Origin: an uncultured Lactobacillales bacterium | GTDB lineage: Bacteria; Pseudomonadota; Alphaproteobacteria; CAYJES01 | Length of the DNA: 64,000 bases | Direction: 5' to 3' | Assembly: GCA_964369365.1 (NCBI GenBank) | Contig: CAYJES010000007.1 | Span: 799-64,798, forward strand | Part shown: in pieces, positions 8,293 to 18,843 of the stretch | How positions within the stretch are numbered: position 1 is the first letter of the stretch | Layout: every line of letters starts with the position of its first letter | Program-made: the position numbers and the translations under genes | Notes under the pieces: model-generated | What the model was told of the DNA's origin: nothing | Seen by the model: the letters and a program-made list of their open reading frames with translations, nothing else | The model's database searches: none

Positions 8293-9762
8293 ATGACAGA
8301 ACAACATTCTGACCAATATTTGGCGAGGCTGGAAAAATTGAAATCGTTTGAAGAAATGGGCATAAACCCATATCCAAACATTTTTAAACCAGATGATAAT
8401 GCAGGCGAATTACAAGATAAATATAAAGATCTAGCAAATGAAGAAAAAACTTCTGATACTGTATTGATAGCGGGCAGAATTAAGTCTATTCGTAATTCTG
8501 GGATGTTTATTGATTTGCATGATAGCACTGGGAAAATCCAAGTATATAGTCACGAAAATAATTTGTCAGAAGATGAGCTTAAAAAGTTGAAACTACTTGA
8601 TTTGGGCGATATGATTGGTGTTAAAGGTGTGGTCAGAAGAACAAAAAGAGGCGAGCTTACCGTTGATAGTGCCCAAATTACAATCCTTGCAAAAACATTA
8701 TTGCCTTTGCCTGAAAAATTCCATGGTTTGACTGATGTTGAAACTAGATACCGTCAACGTTATTTGGATATGATAACCAATGACGAATCCAAAACAGTAC
8801 TGAGAAAACGTTTTGAATTAATTGGTCATATCAGAAGATTTATGGAAGATAAAAAGTTTTTAGAAGTGGAAACTCCTATGTTGCACCCGATTTTAGGGGG
8901 TGCTAATGCTAAGCCATTTATAACTCATCACAACAGTTTGGATATGGATTTATATTTAAGGATTGCGCCTGAATTATACCTTAAAAGATTAATAATTGGT
9001 GGCTTTGACAGAGTTTTTGAAATAGGAAGAACTTTTAGAAATGAAGGCATTTCAGTTCGTCATAATCCTGAATTTACTATGATGGAGTTGTATCAAGCTT
9101 ATGCTGATTATAACGATATGATGGAACTTGCTGAAACTCTTATCAAATCTATTATTGAAAAAAGTATTGGCGGATTGATGTTGGAAATTGATGATAAAAC
9201 GATTGATTTTGCAAAACCATTTACTAAAATTAAAATGCTTGATGCTGTGAAAGATGCTACTGGGGTTGACTTTATGGCTATTGAAAACGCTGAGGAAGCA
9301 AGAGCAAAAGCAAAAGAATTAAAAGTAGATGTGAAAGATACTGCATCTTGGGGTGATACTGTGCTTGCAGTGTTTGAAGACAGGATTGAACCTACTTTGA
9401 TAAACCCTACTATCGTTATGGATTATCCAATTGAAACATCTCCACTGACTAAGACACATCGTGATAACCCTAGATTATGCGAAAGATTTGAGTTGTTCAT
9501 AAATACTTGGGAAGTTGCAAATGCTTATTCAGAGCTTACTAACCCACTTACCCAAAAGGAAAGATTCGAAGATCAAGTAAAACAAAGAGAAGCAGGTGAT
9601 GGCGAAGCACAAATGATGGATGAAGATTATGTGACGGCGCTTAATTACGGGCTTATCCCTACTGGTGGTATGGGGTTTGGTGTGGATAGGTTGATGATGC
9701 TTGCAACTAGTTCGCTTTCAATTCGTGACGTAATTGCATTCCCTACATTAAGACATAAGTAA
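8293..9762 (+). CDS. lysS: Lysyl-tRNA synthetase, class II
   Basis: 489 aa. An OB-fold anticodon-binding N-domain plus a class II core ([17 protein letters not shown] motifs). Confidence 0.95.
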   Translation: MTEQHSDQYLARLEKLKSFEEMGINPYPNIFKPDDNAGELQDKYKDLANEEKTSDTVLIAGRIKSIRNSGMFIDLHDSTGKIQVYSHENNLSEDELKKLKLLDLGDMIGVKGVVRRTKRGELTVDSAQITILAKTLLPLPEKFHGLTDVETRYRQRYLDMITNDESKTVLRKRFELIGHIRRFMEDKKFLEVETPMLHPILGGANAKPFITHHNSLDMDLYLRIAPELYLKRLIIGGFDRVFEIGRTFRNEGISVRHNPEFTMMELYQAYADYNDMMELAETLIKSIIEKSIGGLMLEIDDKTIDFAKPFTKIKMLDAVKDATGVDFMAIENAEEARAKAKELKVDVKDTASWGDTVLAVFEDRIEPTLINPTIVMDYPIETSPLTKTHRDNPRLCERFELFINTWEVANAYSELTNPLTQKERFEDQVKQREAGDGEAQMMDEDYVTALNYGLIPTGGMGFGVDRLMMLATSSLSIRDVIAFPTLRHK

Positions 9763-9777
9763 TAAGGAGAAATAAAT

Positions 9778-11028
9778 ATGAAGGATAATTTTGAATACCT
9801 AAAAGAACGTGGATATATTTATCAATCAACCCATGAAGAGCAAATCAGAGAAGCAATTAATGGAGATAAGCCAATAACGTTTTATCTAGGAATTGATCCA
9901 ACAGCAAGTACTCTTCATATAGGGCATTTCTTTTCTCTTATGATGTTTAGGCATTTTCAAGACATGGGGCACCGTGGAATTTTGTTAATAGGTGGCGCAA
10001 CCGCTATGGTTGGTGACCCTTCTGGCAGAAGTGATATGCGTAATATGATGAACGAAGAAACCGTTAATCAAAATTTAGAAGAAGTAAAAGCATTTGCTCG
10101 TAAGTTCATTAGAATGGATGGCGAAAATCCTGCAATTATCGTGAATAATGCCGATTGGATAAACAAGTTTACTTATATTGAATTTTTGCGCTATGTTGGT
10201 GAACATTTTAATGTTTCAAAAATGTTGTCTGCTGATGCTTACGCTAAAAGGATGGAATCGGGTGGACTTACTTTCCTTGAAATGGGGTATATGTTAATGC
10301 AGGCTTATGATTTTGTGCACCTAAACCGTGAACATGATTGTATTTTACAAATAGGCGGCAGCGACCAATGGGGTAATATCGTAGCAGGTGTTGATTTAAG
10401 TCGTAAATTTAATGTCCATAATGAAGGTAAGGCATCTTCTGATAGACCTGATACCTTTGGGATTACTTGTCCTTTACTTATGAATAAAGACGGTCAAAAA
10501 ATGGGTAAAACCGCAAGTGGAGCTTTATGGGTTACAAAAGAAAAAACCTCTCCTTATGAATTTTATCAATATTTTTACAATACGGATGATGCTGATACTG
10601 AAAAATTATTAAAATTGTTTACTAAAATTCCAACCTCTGAAATTGTTGAAATGTGCAAAAATGATATTGTAAATGCTAAAAAAACTATGGCATATGAAAC
10701 AACTAAACTTCTTCATGGCGAAGACGAAGCAAATAAAGCAGTAGAAGCAGCAAAAGCATTATTCGCAGGTGGAACAAATCTTGACGATGTGCCATCGGCT
10801 GAATACAAAAAAGCAGATGTTGATTCTGGGGTTAATGTTGTTGATTTTACAGTAGCGGTTGGATTATTTGATTCAAAAGGCGAAGCTAAGCGAATGATTG
10901 CTCAAGGCGGACTTTCAATTGATAGTGAAAAAATTGAAAATCCTGAAGCGCAAGTTAAAACAACAGATAAAGATTTTATCATGCTGCAAAAAGGTAAAAA
11001 AACATTTTTAAAAATAGTTTTGGTTTAA
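9778..11028 (+). CDS. tyrS: Tyrosyl-tRNA synthetase
   Basis: HIGH-type motif (LHIGHF). KMSKS-type motif (KMGKT). C-terminal S4-like domain. Confidence 0.9.
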   Translation: MKDNFEYLKERGYIYQSTHEEQIREAINGDKPITFYLGIDPTASTLHIGHFFSLMMFRHFQDMGHRGILLIGGATAMVGDPSGRSDMRNMMNEETVNQNLEEVKAFARKFIRMDGENPAIIVNNADWINKFTYIEFLRYVGEHFNVSKMLSADAYAKRMESGGLTFLEMGYMLMQAYDFVHLNREHDCILQIGGSDQWGNIVAGVDLSRKFNVHNEGKASSDRPDTFGITCPLLMNKDGQKMGKTASGALWVTKEKTSPYEFYQYFYNTDDADTEKLLKLFTKIPTSEIVEMCKNDIVNAKKTMAYETTKLLHGEDEANKAVEAAKALFAGGTNLDDVPSAEYKKADVDSGVNVVDFTVAVGLFDSKGEAKRMIAQGGLSIDSEKIENPEAQVKTTDKDFIMLQKGKKTFLKIVLV

Positions 11029-11062
11029 CATTTATTCCGAAGCTATACGTCAGGAGTAAGTT

Positions 11063-13726
11063 GTGGCGATAAAAGCCCTAATCCAAAATGCAAAAGGCTT
11101 TATGGCGTTATCAGAAGACGGCGAATTTTATGGTAATAACAGCTATGATGCTATTACAAAATTCGTCGGACTTGATACGCCATTAGTTTGTTATAGAAAA
11201 AGTTTTGCGAATCCATTGCCTGTATCTGCTTTGGACGTTCTTGAATTGTTTGCTTTTGTTCATCCTGGATGTTTTTGTGTGCCAAATATAAAGGGATTGT
11301 GTTCGTTTTTAAAAATATCAGAACCAGTTAATTCATATGAAGAAGCAGAAAGGTTGTTCCTAATTCTTGAAAAATTACTGGAACAAGCAGGACTTGACGA
11401 CAGTTGTTATAATATTGCAAAGCATATGGCAACAGGTGGTTGGTCTTTTGGTGGTATGGTGATGGAGAAGTTTGTCGGACGAACACCAAAATCACCAACA
11501 GTAATGTTATGGAACTATTTAGACGATTTAAAACCTAGCGTGCCTGTTAGTACTAGTGGTAGAAATTTAGAAATAACAGAAAGTGAAGTTTCAACAGAGC
11601 TAGAAAAAATCCTAAGCACTAAGAAAAATAAAGAAAAGCGTGAAGCTCAGTTTGATTATGCCAAATTCACAAGCCAGATGTTTAACCCACTTAACAAAAG
11701 TGATGAAATAAATTTATTACTATCAGAAGCTGGGACTGGGGTTGGAAAGACTTTGGGTTATCTTGCTCCTGCTTATTTGTGGGCAAAGAAAAATGATAGC
11801 TCGGTTTGGATAAGCACATATACAAAAGCCCTACAAAATCAAGTTTATAAAGAACTTGATGCGATATTTCCTAATCAAGAAGATAAAAAAGAAAATGTAG
11901 TAATAAGAAAAGGTCGTGAAAATTATCTATGTTTGCTCAATTACGAAGAAGGTTTGCGCAAAATTTCGCCTAATTATGTATTGATGGCGGGATTGATTGC
12001 TAGATATATTTATAAAACAAATGATGGAGATTTAAATGGACCTGATTTCCCAGGGTGGATAGAAGATTTAATCGGTTACGAAACGCTGGATACAATATGT
12101 GATAGAAGGGGAGAATGTATTTATGCAGGATGTCCTTACTTTAAAAAATGTTTTATTGAAAAAGTAATTGCAAAATCAAAAACTGCAAAAATAGTTGTAA
12201 CGAACCATGCTTTGCTAATGAACCTTGCACAAAAAGATAGAGACGAAAATGACTTAATGCCTTTTTATTATATATTTGATGAAGGACATCATATTTTTAA
12301 TGCATCAGATAATGCGTATAGCAGCGCGTTTAGCGTGCTGGAATGTTATGAAATGAGGCGCTGGGTACTGGGTGCTGAAAACCAAAAAACAAACAGCAGG
12401 ATGAAAGGGATAAAAAGAAGGTTTGAAGATTTAATTGCTATTTATCCGCAAATTACAAAAAATATTGATGAGCTTTGTTTGAAGTTTTCTAAATTCCCGA
12501 AAAGGGGCACTATTGCGAGAATTAAAAAAGATGAAAGTTCTGAAATAATAGAAGATTTTTTCAACAAAGCATTCAACCATATAAAAGCCAATTCGTATGA
12601 TAGGAATGCAAGTTATTCCCAGCAAGCAGATACTAGGATATCAGAAGATTTTTTAGATAATGTTGAAAGTGTTATAGGATTTTTGCAAAACCTTAAAGCA
12701 ATATCAGAAAAAGTTGCAAATGACTTGGATTCTGTTCTGGAAAAAAATATCAAAGATTTAGATACAAATCAAAAATCCAGACTTGATAATGCAATCAAGT
12801 CATTAAAAAATCGAATCATTAATCCTTTGGCTGTATGGATTATGATGTTGGTGGCTTTAAAAGAGGGTACGCCAGAAGGATATATAGATTTTTTTGAAAT
12901 AAATAGGGCAGATGACATCGATTATGATATAGCATTAAATCGGCATTTTGTTGATCCAACCATTCCTTTTGCATTGTCTATGAAAAATATTGCGAAGGGG
13001 ATTATGATAACTTCGGCCACTCTTAATGACAGCAGGGAAAGTGAAACATGGGATTTTGCCAACAAAAGAACAGGTGCAAATCATTTTGAAACTAGTCCTA
13101 AATATTTTAGGGCAATATCGCCTTTTGATTATAAAAATCTTAGTAAAGTTATAATTGTAAATGATGTTGACAAGACTCAGCTAAACCAAATTTCATCAGC
13201 CTATCGTGAATTGTTTTTGGCATCTTCTGGTGGTGCGCTTGGCGTATTCACAGCGATATCCAGACTTAAAATGGTTTATAAAAATTGCAAAAATATATTT
13301 TTAAGACAAGGAATGCCTTTGTTTTCCCAACACATTGATGACATTAATACTTCTTCTTTGATTGATATGTTTAAATATGAAAAGGATTCATGTTTATTTG
13401 GCACAGATGCAATCAGAGACGGTATAGATATTCCTGGAGAATCGTTAAGATTAATAGTGTTTGAACGTATCCCATGGCAAAGAGCAGATATTTTACACAA
13501 AGTAAGAAAATCCTATGAAAAAGATAAAAGCGGTTATGATTTATCACTTGCTAGGGCAAAGCTTGAACAAGGGTACGGTAGACTCATCAGAAAACACGAT
13601 GACAAAGGTATTTTTGTAATTCTTGAACGAGCAACCCCGTCAGCCCTATTGACTGCATTTCCAAAAGATGTGCCGGTGCAAAGAATTTCATTATCACACG
13701 CAATTAAATTGATTAATGAAAAATAA
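11063..13726 (+). CDS. DinG/Rad3-family ATP-dependent DNA helicase with an N-terminal extension of about 200 aa
   Basis: Walker A (EAGTGVGKTLGY) and a DEGH box (FDEGHHIF). GTG start with an aggag RBS at 11053-11057. Confidence 0.75.
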   Translation: MAIKALIQNAKGFMALSEDGEFYGNNSYDAITKFVGLDTPLVCYRKSFANPLPVSALDVLELFAFVHPGCFCVPNIKGLCSFLKISEPVNSYEEAERLFLILEKLLEQAGLDDSCYNIAKHMATGGWSFGGMVMEKFVGRTPKSPTVMLWNYLDDLKPSVPVSTSGRNLEITESEVSTELEKILSTKKNKEKREAQFDYAKFTSQMFNPLNKSDEINLLLSEAGTGVGKTLGYLAPAYLWAKKNDSSVWISTYTKALQNQVYKELDAIFPNQEDKKENVVIRKGRENYLCLLNYEEGLRKISPNYVLMAGLIARYIYKTNDGDLNGPDFPGWIEDLIGYETLDTICDRRGECIYAGCPYFKKCFIEKVIAKSKTAKIVVTNHALLMNLAQKDRDENDLMPFYYIFDEGHHIFNASDNAYSSAFSVLECYEMRRWVLGAENQKTNSRMKGIKRRFEDLIAIYPQITKNIDELCLKFSKFPKRGTIARIKKDESSEIIEDFFNKAFNHIKANSYDRNASYSQQADTRISEDFLDNVESVIGFLQNLKAISEKVANDLDSVLEKNIKDLDTNQKSRLDNAIKSLKNRIINPLAVWIMMLVALKEGTPEGYIDFFEINRADDIDYDIALNRHFVDPTIPFALSMKNIAKGIMITSATLNDSRESETWDFANKRTGANHFETSPKYFRAISPFDYKNLSKVIIVNDVDKTQLNQISSAYRELFLASSGGALGVFTAISRLKMVYKNCKNIFLRQGMPLFSQHIDDINTSSLIDMFKYEKDSCLFGTDAIRDGIDIPGESLRLIVFERIPWQRADILHKVRKSYEKDKSGYDLSLARAKLEQGYGRLIRKHDDKGIFVILERATPSALLTAFPKDVPVQRISLSHAIKLINEK

Positions 13727-13748
13727 TAGAAAATTATAAAAATAATTA

Positions 13749-13777
13749 TTGACATAAAATAAGAATCGTGTTATATT
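13749..13777 (+). promoter_or_regulatory. Consensus-like sigma70 promoter
   Basis: TTGACA (13749-13754), 17-nt spacer, TATATT (13772-13777). It lies about 60 nt upstream of the 13837 ATG. Confidence 0.45.
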
Positions 13778-13836
13778 GTATTTATTAAGGATATTTAAAA
13801 ATCTTAATATAAATCAACAAATCGTGGAGGATTATA

Positions 13837-14241
13837 ATGAGTGAAGAATACAATAACGCAATAAGAAATCAATTTGAAGACACTTTTATGGCAGCAGCTA
13901 AAAAAGGCGTTGATAAAAAATATGTTAAATCTCTAGAAAAAAAAGATATTGATGGTTTGTTTGATGAAGGCAAAAAAATTCTTAATCAAATAGAAAAAGC
14001 ATATAAAGTAGGTATGAGTCAAGAAGTTATAACTTCACTTGAAGGAAAACAAGGAATGGTAGCGGCATTTGCATTATTGCAATCGCACACAGGATATTAT
14101 GGTGGATATGATATGCATTATACTAAAGAAGAAGTTATGGGATGGTCTGTAAGTGGTGCTATGAGAAAAGCAAATTCAGAAGGATTACTTGTTTCTAAAC
14201 AAACAAAAAGACCATTAGATATTCAAAAAACAAGAGTATAA
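13837..14241 (+). CDS. Small hypothetical protein, tandem paralog 1
   Basis: 134 aa, no signal peptide. Clear similarity to the next ORF: N-terminal QFE..F...AK.G.D..Y.KSL.KKDI.GLF.EG.KI, central AFA.LQ, and C-terminal IQK.R. Confidence 0.5.
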   Translation: MSEEYNNAIRNQFEDTFMAAAKKGVDKKYVKSLEKKDIDGLFDEGKKILNQIEKAYKVGMSQEVITSLEGKQGMVAAFALLQSHTGYYGGYDMHYTKEEVMGWSVSGAMRKANSEGLLVSKQTKRPLDIQKTRV

Positions 14242-14258
14242 AAATTTATTTTTAAAAA

Positions 14259-14290
14259 AGCAGTATCAAGAAATTGGTACTGCTTTTTTT
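14259..14290 (+). terminator. Intrinsic terminator between the tandem paralogs
   Basis: agcagta-tcaagaaattgg-tactgct followed by T7. Only about 20 nt separate it from the next ATG. Confidence 0.55.
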
Positions 14291-14310
14291 GTGATAATGG
14301 GAAAAATAAG

Positions 14311-14712
14311 ATGAAAGAATTTAATGAAAAAATCTATAAGCAATTTGAAACGCTTTTTTTTGAGTCTGCTAAGAATGGTATTGATTATGCATATATGAAA
14401 TCATTGTTAAAAAAAGACATCAATGGTTTGTTCATAGAAGGTGGTAAAATTATAAAACAAACAAAAAAAGCTCATGAGCTTGGGGTGTTTATCGATGTTT
14501 TTGATGTTCTTGAATCAAGAAAGCTTATGATTCGTGCATTTGCAACGTTGCAAAATTATCAAGGATTTTGCTGTGAAAATAATATTTACATTAATAAAAA
14601 TGAATTTATAAGTTTGTCAGTTGAGAAAGCATTAAAAAAAGCTAAAGAATGTGGGGTTTTAGATATAAAACAGAAACGATTGCCTCCAAAAATTCAAAAA
14701 ATAAGAGAGTAG
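14311..14712 (+). CDS. Small hypothetical protein, tandem paralog 2
   Basis: 133 aa. Paralogous to 13837..14241 at roughly 30-35 percent identity, judged by eye. Confidence 0.5.
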   Translation: MKEFNEKIYKQFETLFFESAKNGIDYAYMKSLLKKDINGLFIEGGKIIKQTKKAHELGVFIDVFDVLESRKLMIRAFATLQNYQGFCCENNIYINKNEFISLSVEKALKKAKECGVLDIKQKRLPPKIQKIRE

Positions 14713-14725
14713 TTAATATTTTTGT

Positions 14726-16060
14726 TTATGATTGGATTATTTTTTTGCGTAAAAATGTCCATTTAGGGCATAATTTTATTGCTTCGTCTTTTGAAAGATT
14801 TATATCTTTATATGGTATTAAAACTTTTCGATTAAGTCCAGGAGACGCTTTTTCTACTTCTGTTCCGTTATCGACGAATTTTATTTTATCAACTTTATAT
14901 TTTATGATATCGAATTGGTATGGAGATATAATTTCAAGAATGTCGCCTCCAACATAAGGATTTCTTACTACAAAAGTTAAGCCTTCATCATTATAACCAT
15001 CTATATAACCACAAGTATGCCATTCGCCTTTACTTGCTGTATTAACATAATTTTGCGCGGTGTCATCTGGAATTCCATTATGAAATGCCATAGTGTAACC
15101 ACGGTTTTGTAAAGTTTCAAGCTCTGCCATAAAAGGAGCAGGATCAAAATTATCCTTATCCTTTAGCCAGCTGTCAATTGCGTGTCTGTAAGCTCTTGCT
15201 GCTATTGCGACATAATACTCACTTTTGTTTCTGCCTTCTATTTTAAGCGAATCTATGCCTATTTCAAGAAAGTCTGCAAGTCTTGGCATTAAGCACATGT
15301 CTTTTGAATTCATAATATACGAGCCATGTTCGTCTTCAAAAATTTCTAAAAACTGACCTTGTCTTTGCTCTTCTTCTAAGAAAAATTCCACCATTTCTTT
15401 ATTTTTTTCATCAAGTTCAAGTGGATATGACGAGCCATCAGCACGTTTTACGTGGAGTTTGTAATTCCAACGACAAGAATGTGCGCATGCTCCTTGATTA
15501 GCACTGCGGTTTGCCATGAATGCAGATAATAGACATCTGCCAGAATAACTCATGCACATAGCTCCATGAATAAAAGCCTCAAGTTCGATACCTGGGGATT
15601 TATCACGCATTTCTTTCATCTCAGCAAAAGAAACTTCACGAGCAAGAACAGCTCTTTCTGCTCCCATTTTTTTCCAAAAATCAAGAGTTAAGTAAGAACA
15701 AATATTTGCTTGAGTTGATATGTGAATAGGTAAAGTAGGTGCATTTTGTTTAACAAATTCCACCACTCCTGGGTCTGATACTATTACTCCATCTGGATTT
15801 ACACTCATAATTGTTTTTAAAAAATCAGGTAGTTTTTCAACATCTTTATTCTTAGTGAAAAGATTAAGAGCAAGATAAACTTTTTTACCGTTATTATGAG
15901 CGTATTTAATTCCTTCTACCAACTCTTCTAGTGTAAAACCTGAACGGGCGCGAAGCGAAAGGCTAGGGAGCCCAGCATAAACAGCGTCTGCTCCATACAA
16001 AAATGCAGTTTGCATTCTTGAAAATGAGCCAGCAGGGAGTAATAATTCAGGTTTATACAT
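14726..16060 (-). CDS. U32 family peptidase-like protein (YegQ/TrhP-like)
   Basis: N-terminal KPELLLPAGS...GADAVY TIM-barrel signature of the U32 family. Conserved Cys-rich region (CMSYSGRC...CAHSCRW). Confidence 0.75.
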   Translation of the reverse strand: MYKPELLLPAGSFSRMQTAFLYGADAVYAGLPSLSLRARSGFTLEELVEGIKYAHNNGKKVYLALNLFTKNKDVEKLPDFLKTIMSVNPDGVIVSDPGVVEFVKQNAPTLPIHISTQANICSYLTLDFWKKMGAERAVLAREVSFAEMKEMRDKSPGIELEAFIHGAMCMSYSGRCLLSAFMANRSANQGACAHSCRWNYKLHVKRADGSSYPLELDEKNKEMVEFFLEEEQRQGQFLEIFEDEHGSYIMNSKDMCLMPRLADFLEIGIDSLKIEGRNKSEYYVAIAARAYRHAIDSWLKDKDNFDPAPFMAELETLQNRGYTMAFHNGIPDDTAQNYVNTASKGEWHTCGYIDGYNDEGLTFVVRNPYVGGDILEIISPYQFDIIKYKVDKIKFVDNGTEVEKASPGLNRKVLIPYKDINLSKDEAIKLCPKWTFLRKKIIQS

Positions 16061-16064
16061 ATTT

Positions 16065-18491
16065 TTATGCCATTTCTAAATATTTTTGAACAAAGTTTTC
16101 TTCGCCAAATTCACGCATTAATTGTTCCGCTAATACAACGTGTTTACGACCAGAAGAATAAAGTTTTAGGTAAGGTCCAAGAGGTCCTAAGTTTACGTCC
16201 AAAATGACAGATTCACCGATAGCTGGACGAGATACCAAAATACCATATTTTAAATCTTTAAACTCTCTTCCGAAAATGAAATCTTTTTCACGTGGAGTTA
16301 GTCGCCAATTTTCATAATCTTCTTCCATACCTTGTGGATTTTTAAAGAAGATAACCGTTTGACACTGTCCCCTGATAACTTCGCCAAGTCCAAGGCTATC
16401 CACGATATTAGGTTGTTGGAAAGCGCATAGGAATGCTTGACGTTTTTTACGACCTTCTTGCAAACCTACGATAAAACTGTCCCTAAACATTGGGTGTTTT
16501 AACATCGGCGCAGTTTCATCAATCATAACCAAAGATGGATCACCAGTTGAGCTTGCTACTGTATTAATACGGTGCATAACATAGCTGATAACCGCTGGGG
16601 CTAGTAGTTCGTCTTCAAAAATATGGGTAAAGTCAAATGCCATAAATCTAGTGGTCATATCTAAATCATCGTTTGGTGAGTTAAATATACGTCCATATTG
16701 CTGGTCGTTAATCCAACGATAAAGCTCTCTTCTCATATGGCCTGTTGGTGAAAAACAGCTTTTATAAAGGTTTTTAAGAGTACGTTGGTTGAAATCTAAA
16801 TAATCAAAAGAGGTGGTAACCGCTCTTGCAATTTCACGTTCCGAATAAGAATCTGTTGCCATGGTAATAGATTTAATCCAACGACGTAAGAATGCCCTGT
16901 TTTCAGGAGTGTCTTGTGCTGATAATGGGTTAATAGCAGTTGCGTTTTTATCGCCATCAAAGTTTACATAAGCTCCTCCAATAGCTTTTGTAAAAATTTC
17001 AACACCTTTATGACGGTCAAAAAAGTATACACGGAGGTTGCTATGACGCATAGCTTGACCTGCTAAGAATGCTAGTAGTGTTGTTTTACCTTGACCAGTT
17101 GGACCAATAATCACAGCGTGGGCTACTGCTGCATCTTCTGTTGATACGTGGAATTGCCATTTATATGCTGTACCTGTTACAGTTCTGAATACTGCAATTG
17201 CCCCATCACCCCAGTCACTTTTTGCAAGTCCTTCTGTAGATGTTTCAAGACATAGCGCACAGCCAATCGCTCTTGATAAATATAAATAAGTTCTTGGATA
17301 TATTTCATAAGTTGGGAATTGGGCGAAGAATGAAGCTTCTGCTACCCAGCCATCTCTTACAGGAGTTACGCCATGAAGCCTAGTTAATCTTTCTACCTCA
17401 ATCTGTCCGAATTTTAACTCTTCCATACTTTCAGCAAAAACAAATAGTGTCATAGCGTACTCATGAATGGTTTGAGAACTTTCAGAAGCGCTATCCATTG
17501 CTTCTAGTACCATTGTAAATTGATCTGTGTTACCTTCTGCCACCGAAGTTGTAAATGATAATTGTCTTCTTCTGATTAAATCTGCTGCAGCCTTTGCTTT
17601 ATTTTTTGGTTTTATATTATGAAGCAGTGTTAATTCTACGTCTAATGATAGTAAATCAGCCACCATTTGTTCGTCAATATAATCCCCGCAAGAACGCATT
17701 CCCATAACAATGCCTAGTTTTTCATTCTCACCTGCAATAAATTTAATTAATCCCTTATCACCAGTAAAATGAATATAATCAGCAGTTAAAAGTCCGTTTA
17801 ATTCTGTTGTTTCTAAGTCGCCAACTTTAGGAGATGGTCTAGATAACGGACTTGCGATATTTGCAAATAAATGAAAAGGTGAAAGTTCTGGCGGAGAATT
17901 TTCATCCTCATACATTGGAGTCATGACAAATTCATCTAACATAGATTCAATAGCTATTATGCATTGTTCCAAATCTTTTTCTGCATTATCCCTATCAATA
18001 ACAGATAGAATAAGATGATGCTCATTTGTGTAAATCCTGTCTAAATTATCCTGCCATCTTTGGGCAACTTTTGATAGTAACTTATTTTCGAAACCAACAA
18101 GATTATCAACAGGAACACGTTTTCTTAAAGTTATAAATCTAGCAGTTATATTGCTTTCTGAAAGATTATCAACTACTCTCTTTTTTAAATCTAGTAAAAT
18201 TTCACGTTCTTTTGGGGCAAGTAGGGTCATGTCCTTGCCTTTTAGCTTGAACACCCTTACTATCGTATTGTCTTGGCATTCAATTGTCATTCCATCTTCT
18301 CTTAATCGTCTGAATGGAAGGAAGTCTGCTACCCTTGTTTCTCTTGGGCGGGGCAAGAAAAATGCACCTATTTTTGAAACTATTACTGCAATAAAAGCAG
18401 CTGCAGCACAAAACCCGATTATACCGATTGTTGTTTCAACTGTCGATATACTCTCAACAAATACAACATTTGCAAGTAAGCTAGGATCCAA
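16065..18491 (-). CDS. virB4: Type IV secretion system ATPase VirB4/TrbE family
   Basis: 808 aa. N-terminal TM segment. Walker A (GPTGQGKTT). Conserved VirB4 C-terminal ATPase domain. It overlaps the upstream virB3 stop. Confidence 0.85.
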   Translation of the reverse strand: MDPSLLANVVFVESISTVETTIGIIGFCAAAAFIAVIVSKIGAFFLPRPRETRVADFLPFRRLREDGMTIECQDNTIVRVFKLKGKDMTLLAPKEREILLDLKKRVVDNLSESNITARFITLRKRVPVDNLVGFENKLLSKVAQRWQDNLDRIYTNEHHLILSVIDRDNAEKDLEQCIIAIESMLDEFVMTPMYEDENSPPELSPFHLFANIASPLSRPSPKVGDLETTELNGLLTADYIHFTGDKGLIKFIAGENEKLGIVMGMRSCGDYIDEQMVADLLSLDVELTLLHNIKPKNKAKAAADLIRRRQLSFTTSVAEGNTDQFTMVLEAMDSASESSQTIHEYAMTLFVFAESMEELKFGQIEVERLTRLHGVTPVRDGWVAEASFFAQFPTYEIYPRTYLYLSRAIGCALCLETSTEGLAKSDWGDGAIAVFRTVTGTAYKWQFHVSTEDAAVAHAVIIGPTGQGKTTLLAFLAGQAMRHSNLRVYFFDRHKGVEIFTKAIGGAYVNFDGDKNATAINPLSAQDTPENRAFLRRWIKSITMATDSYSEREIARAVTTSFDYLDFNQRTLKNLYKSCFSPTGHMRRELYRWINDQQYGRIFNSPNDDLDMTTRFMAFDFTHIFEDELLAPAVISYVMHRINTVASSTGDPSLVMIDETAPMLKHPMFRDSFIVGLQEGRKKRQAFLCAFQQPNIVDSLGLGEVIRGQCQTVIFFKNPQGMEEDYENWRLTPREKDFIFGREFKDLKYGILVSRPAIGESVILDVNLGPLGPYLKLYSSGRKHVVLAEQLMREFGEENFVQKYLEMA

Positions 18492-18771
18492 GTTTCACTC
18501 CTTTTGTAGAATACATGTTTTTAGAGAATTTAGGCGATTTTCCTAATGATTTGAACATATTATCGATATGTGGTTCTTGAAATCCGTAAGAAGCAATTAT
18601 AAAATGACAAATAGCAATGCTTGCAACAAATACCAAAAAATTTATTTGAAATAATGCGAACACGATAAACATCACCGTCATTTGCAGTGACATATTAGCG
18701 ATGGCTGCAATTTGTGGCGCCCATAAAAAAGTTGGCGGCATAGCGACATTTCTGAATAAATCATCTCTCAT
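18481..18771 (-). CDS. virB3: Type IV secretion system protein VirB3
   Basis: 96 aa with an LF..V..PP-like N-terminus and hydrophobic helices. It overlaps the virB4 start by 11 nt. Confidence 0.6.
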   Translation of the reverse strand: MRDDLFRNVAMPPTFLWAPQIAAIANMSLQMTVMFIVFALFQINFLVFVASIAICHFIIASYGFQEPHIDNMFKSLGKSPKFSKNMYSTKGVKLGS

Positions 18772-18843
18772 AAGCTTTTACAATCTCCTTAAATTTTAAA
18801 ATATTATACAGTGTGTTTTGAAATAGGCAAATAAAAATGATGA

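Noticed and set aside
8054-8528. ORFs 8054..8239 (poly-Phe) and 8223..8528
   Set aside because: The poly-F stretch is the translation of homopolymer T tracts opposite the 7799..8185 gene. The other ORF overlaps the lysS start region and its composition is not protein-like.
14649-14957. 102-aa + strand ORF overlapping the end of the U32 peptidase gene
   Set aside because: It is antisense to a strongly supported gene and has no RBS.
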